NCBI GenBank assembly: GCA_964016885.1
Contig: OZ024752.1
Span: 4,216,001 to 4,280,000, forward strand
Direction of reading: 5' to 3'
Length of the DNA stretch: 64,000 nt
Source of the DNA: Eledone cirrhosa
Lineage: Eukaryota
Shown in pieces: positions 58,633 through 64,000 of the stretch. How positions within the stretch are numbered: position 1 is the first letter of the stretch; the number at the start of each line of letters is the position of its first letter. Made by a program: the position numbers and the translations under genes. The notes beneath the pieces are model-generated. The model made no database searches and was not told the DNA's origin. It worked only from the letters and a program-made list of their open reading frames with translations.

Positions 58633-59676
58633 GACAAATAGATGAAAGACAAAGTTTATTTCAATGGGATTTTAAATCAGTATATACAGACCAAACCAAA
58701 TATCAAAATCACTTCAGATTCTACCAATCCATCACCCTTCAGTACAATTTGGAAGTAAGGTTGCAAATTCGCAGAGTCATTAAAGTTTCAGGCTAAATAT
58801 ACATAGTTGTTTGTTCTGACTCAGCACAGTGTTCAAATCCCACTGAGGTTAACTTTGCCTTTCATCTTTTTGAGGTCAATAAATAAAGTATCAGTTCAGT
58901 ATTGAGGTCAATTCTTCATCTAAATATCTTTATCACTTTCTCCTTCTATCTCTCTTTCTTTCACTAAAAGACATCAGCTGTGTTACAACCTGAAGTGAGA
59001 TGTGCTCCACAAGGTTTTTAAAAAATACACAAGACAGACTATATGTCTGTATGGAACCCCTAAGCCTCCATCAATAGCTAAAGCTCTTTACCTTCTTTTG
59101 TTTGCTAGAAGCGATCAACATGACCAATATAAAAAAAGCTTTTTTTTTTCTCTGATCATGTTTACGCTTCACAAATGTGGATTGCTAAGCCTCATCCAAG
59201 GCATTACATTTACAAGAAAGTTTTCTAATTGATTTCATTGCTCCTTCATCCCCACCCCACCCCACCCCTACCCCCCCCCCCCCCCCGTATTTGACTGCTA
59301 GTTTATTTTATCAGTTTGGTAAAGATAAAAGGCATAGTTGACCTCAGCCTGGATTTGAACACAGAAAATATATATTACATAACTGAGTCATTCTCCCTCA
59401 AAGTAAAGTTGACCTCAGCTTGGATTTGAACTCTGTACTACACCCTCAAAGTAAAGTTGACCTTAGTTGGATTTGAACTCAGAGTATAAATATTTCACAT
59501 AACTGAATTGCTCCCATAAGGTATATTTTGTCCGTCATTCTGCCAATCCAGCATCCTAATAACATAAATAATGATAATAATTTATTTTTCAAAATTTAAT
59601 TATTGCTGTTGTTTATTAATCTAATAACACCATAACATTATTCATCATTATTATTATTGTTGTCAATATTTTATTA

Positions 59677-59726
<50 letters not shown>

Positions 59727-60009
59727 GCTGTCTGATCTGATAAAGAGGCAACCAACCTGAAATGCTGCAGTGCTGTGGGTGGAGAAGGAGGACAGACACA
59801 CACTCCCCTCCTCACCCCCCTCAATCCACCACCACCATCCTTTTACTTTATGACTTGTTCCTAAGTCTAAACAGCAAGCAAAACCTGTTAAATGACCCTG
59901 TCACTAAACCAAACAACCACCACCACCATAACCATCATCATCATCATCATAACCATCATCATCATCAGTACCACCCTAATCAAGTTCTTTGAAATATACA
60001 AATATATAA

Positions 60010-60070
<61 letters not shown>

Positions 60071-60344
60071 GATATAGATATATATATATACATATATTGA
60101 CACATACATACAAATGTACATACATATATACATATACATACATAAATACAGCTACATATACCCAAACATTCAGACGTAGATACATATATACACAGAATCA
60201 AATAGCATATGCATACATACATACATACATGCATACATACATACATGCATACATACCTACATACACACATGCATACATGCATACATACATACATGCATAC
60301 ATGCATACATAAAAACATACATACAAATTTGCATGGAAACGCAA

Positions 60345-61312
60345 ATATACATACATATATAAATATACATATACACGTACATACATACACTAACAAATAT
60401 ACATATATATATAAATATACATATACACGTACATACATACACTAACAAATATACATATATATATAAATATACATATACACGTACAAACATACACTAACAA
60501 ATATACATATACACGTACATACATACACTAACAAATATACATACATATATAAATATACATATACACGTACATACATACACTAACAAATATACATACATAT
60601 ATAAATATACATATACACGTACATACATACACTAACAAATATACATACATATATAAATATACATATACACGTACATACATACAGTAACAAATATACATAC
60701 ATATATAAATATACATATACACGTACATACATACACTAACAAATATACATATACACGTACATACATACACTAACAAATATACATACATATATAAATATAC
60801 ATATACACGTACATACATACACTAACAAATATACATACATATATAAATATACATATACACGTACATACATACACTAACAAATATACATATATATATAAAT
60901 ATACATATACACGTACATACATACAGTAACAAATATACATACATATATAAATATACATATACACGTACATACATACACTAACAAATATACATACATATAT
61001 AAATATACATATACACGTACATACATACACTAACAAATATACATATACACGTACATACATACACTAACAAATATACATACATATATAAATATACATATAC
61101 ACGTACATACATACACTAACAAATATACATACATATATAAATATACATATACACGTACATACATACACTAACAAATATACATACATATATAAATATACAT
61201 ATACACGTACATACATACAGTAACAAATATACATATACACGTACATACATACACTAACAAATATACATATACACGTACATACATACACTAACAAATATAC
61301 ATATATATATAA
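60345..61312. repeat. Minisatellite of ~52-bp and shorter units with ~242-bp higher-order period
   Basis: AACAAATATACATACATATATAAATATACATATACACGTACATACATACACT. Confidence 0.9.
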
Positions 61313-61532
61313 ATGCAATAAAATTTATTGTAATGCCTGGTATAATAAATGTATTGGTTGTTGACTGCAGTGACAAGGGGATGTAGAAATGACCCAGGGG
61401 TGGGAGAATTAGTAACCCAGAGGAAGAAAAGTGGTGGAAATGTTACGGGGGGGGGGGGGAGATGGAGAGTGGCTCTAGGTTGAGAGATGTGGTGGCACAG
61501 AATCAGGCATTACCAAAATACACAGAAATATT

Positions 61533-62977
61533 TGGTGGTGGTGGTGGTGGTGGTGGTTATTGTGGTGATGGTTGTGATGGTGTTGGTGGTAGTGGTGGTG
61601 GTGATTGAGGTGGTGATGTTGTGATGGTGTTGGTGGTGGTGGTGGTTATTGTGGTGATGGTTGTGATGGTGTTGGTGGTAGTGGTGATTGAGGTGGTGAT
61701 GTTGTGTTGGTGTTGGTGGTAGTGGTGGTGGTGATTGAGGTGGTGATGGTTGTGTTGGTGTTGGTGGTAGTGGTGGTGGTGATTGAGGTGGTGATGTTGT
61801 GATGGTGTTGGTGGTGGTGGTGGTTATTGTGGTGATGGTTGTGATGGTGTTGGTGGTAGTGGTGATTGAGGTGGTGATGGTTGTGTTGGTGTTGGTGGTA
61901 GTGGTGGTGGTGATTGAGGTGGTGATGTTGTGATGGTGTTGGTGGTGGTGGTGGTTATTGTGGTGATGGTTGTGATGGTGTTGGTGGTAGTGGTGATTGA
62001 GGTGGTGATGGTTGTGTTGGTGTTGGTGGTAGTGGTGGTGGTGATTGAGGTGGTGATGGTTGTGATGGTGTTGGTGGTAGTGGTGGTGGTGATTGAGGTG
62101 GTGATGTTGTGATGGTGTTGGTGGTGGTGGTGGTTATTGTGGTGATGGTTGTGATGGTGTTGGTGGTAGTGGTGATTGAGGTGGTGATGTTGTGTTGGTG
62201 TTGGTGGTAGTGGTGGTGGTGATTGAGGTGGTGATGGTTGTGTTGGTGTTGGTGGTAGTGGTGGTGGTGATTGAGGTGGTGATGTTGTGATGGTGTTGGT
62301 GGTGGTGGTGGTTATTGTGGTGATGGTTGTGATGGTGTTGGTGGTAGTGGTGATTGAGGTGGTGATGGTTGTGTTGGTGTTGGTGGTAGTGGTGGTGGTG
62401 ATTGAGGTGGTGATGTTGTGATGGTGTTGGTGGTGGTGGTGGTTATTGTGGTGATGGTTGTGATGGTGTTGGTGGTAGTGGTGATTGAGGTGGTGATGGT
62501 TGTGTTGGTGTTGGTGGTAGTGGTGGTGGTGATTGAGGTGGTGATGGTTGTGATGGTGTTGGTGGTAGTGGTGGTGGTGATTGAGGTGGTGATGTTGTGT
62601 TGGTGTTGGTGGTAGTGGTGATTGAGGTGGTGATGGTTGTGATGGTGTTGGTGGTAGTGGTGGTGGTGGTGATTGAGGTGGTGATGTTGTGTTGGTGTTG
62701 GTGGTGTTGGTGGTAGTGGTGGTGGTGATGGTTGTTATTGTGGTGGTGGTGGTGTTGTGGTTGTGTTGGTGGTGGTGGTTATTATGGGGATGGTGGTGTT
62801 GTGGTTGTGTTGGTGGTGGTGGTGGTGGTGGTGATTGAGGTGGTGGTGGTGGTGTTGATGTTGGTGGTGGTGGTTGGTGGTGGTGGTGGTGGTGGTGGCT
62901 GTTATTGTGGTGGTGGTGGTGGTGGTGGTGGTGGTGGTGGTAGTGGTGGTGGTGGTGGTTGGTGGTGGTGGTGGCGG
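61533..62977. repeat. (GGT)-rich complex repeat with ~488-bp higher-order period
   Basis: ORFs starting at 61930 and 62418 have identical translations over 60 aa. Confidence 0.9.
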
Positions 62978-64000
62978 TGTGTTATAATCTAAGTCAGTAT
63001 ATGTGTGTGTGTGTGTGTGTATGTTTGTATACATGTGCATCGGTGTGGATGGATGTCATGGTTTTTTGTGAATATGTATGTGTGTGTGTGTTAGAGAAAA
63101 GAGGAAAGGGATAGAGAGTGGCTGAGGGATGGGAGGGGTAGGGAGACAATGGTGAGGGGAGGGATAGGATACAGAATGGCTGAGGGTGGAGAAGTGGTGG
63201 CATAGAATCAGGCATTACAAAGCCAGAGACACAAACAAATGGAAGAGACAATCTAAATGAAATTATGGGAAAGAGGGTGTAATGATAGGGGATATGAGGT
63301 GGGGGTGTGGAGGGAATATAGGTTTCTCTCCTCCTCCTCCTACTACTACTACTACTACTACTAATCCAATTATGGTATTGTTATGATGCCAATATATCTG
63401 TTGTCTAGTTTGTTGTGTTGTCTCATCTAATGGACACCAGGATAGGATAGAATAATCCATAGATTAAACAACAACAACAAATAATAATAACGACAAATAA
63501 CAATAACAACAATACCAAGAGAACAAATGACAATAACAACAACAACAACAACAAATGTTATAATAACAAGAAGATAGCAGAACAAACAAAATAAAAACAA
63601 TAAAAAAAACAGCAGCAAAAACAACGAAAACAACAGCAGAACAAATTGTATAACAAAAAAAATAACACAACGCAAAAACAATAATACAATGCAAAAAAAA
63701 AATACCACTTAAAAAACAACAAAAATACAACCTCAAAAACAACAAACAAATGATATAACAAAATTAAACAAAACAAGACCCCCCCCCCTCTGTACCCCCC
63801 ACCCTAGTATTAAGTATTTGTTGTTTTAGATATTTTTATTTTACCATTTCTATCATTCTCTGTTTTTTAGTTTTTTATAAACAATTTTGGTACAGCTTTC
63901 TTCTTTCTTTTTGTTTTTTTTTTATTATATATTTTCTATATTTTATTTGTTTGTTTGTTTCTCCACCTCCACCACCATCTTCTCTCTTTCTCTCTTCCTC

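Overview
This is AT-rich, microsatellite-saturated eukaryotic DNA with no supportable host protein-coding exon. The repeat repertoire is tRNA-derived SINEs, RTE LINEs with (ATG)n tails, CR1-like, R4/Dong-like and CRE-like LINE remnants, a Penelope-like GIY-YIG remnant, a mariner and TTAA MITEs. It resembles an octopus/cephalopod genome, which is an inference. Most very long ORFs in the track are artefacts of (TA)n/(CA)n repeats. The main unexpected signal is a dense set of minimal type-I hammerhead ribozyme motifs: 9 good copies plus 3 degenerate candidates. They lie in short non-coding elements, mostly embedded in (TA)n arrays. Two of these elements are ~170-bp-arm fold-back palindromes carrying a hammerhead on each strand, and one has a compensatory U3-A8 core. 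Other notable items are a PHD-type zinc finger inside the RT of two RTE families, a 569-bp terminally redundant Penelope-related unit, a candidate recursive splice site, a chimeric SINE/RTE element and tail-to-tail LINE inverted pairs. Coordinates were read by eye and element ends are approximate.
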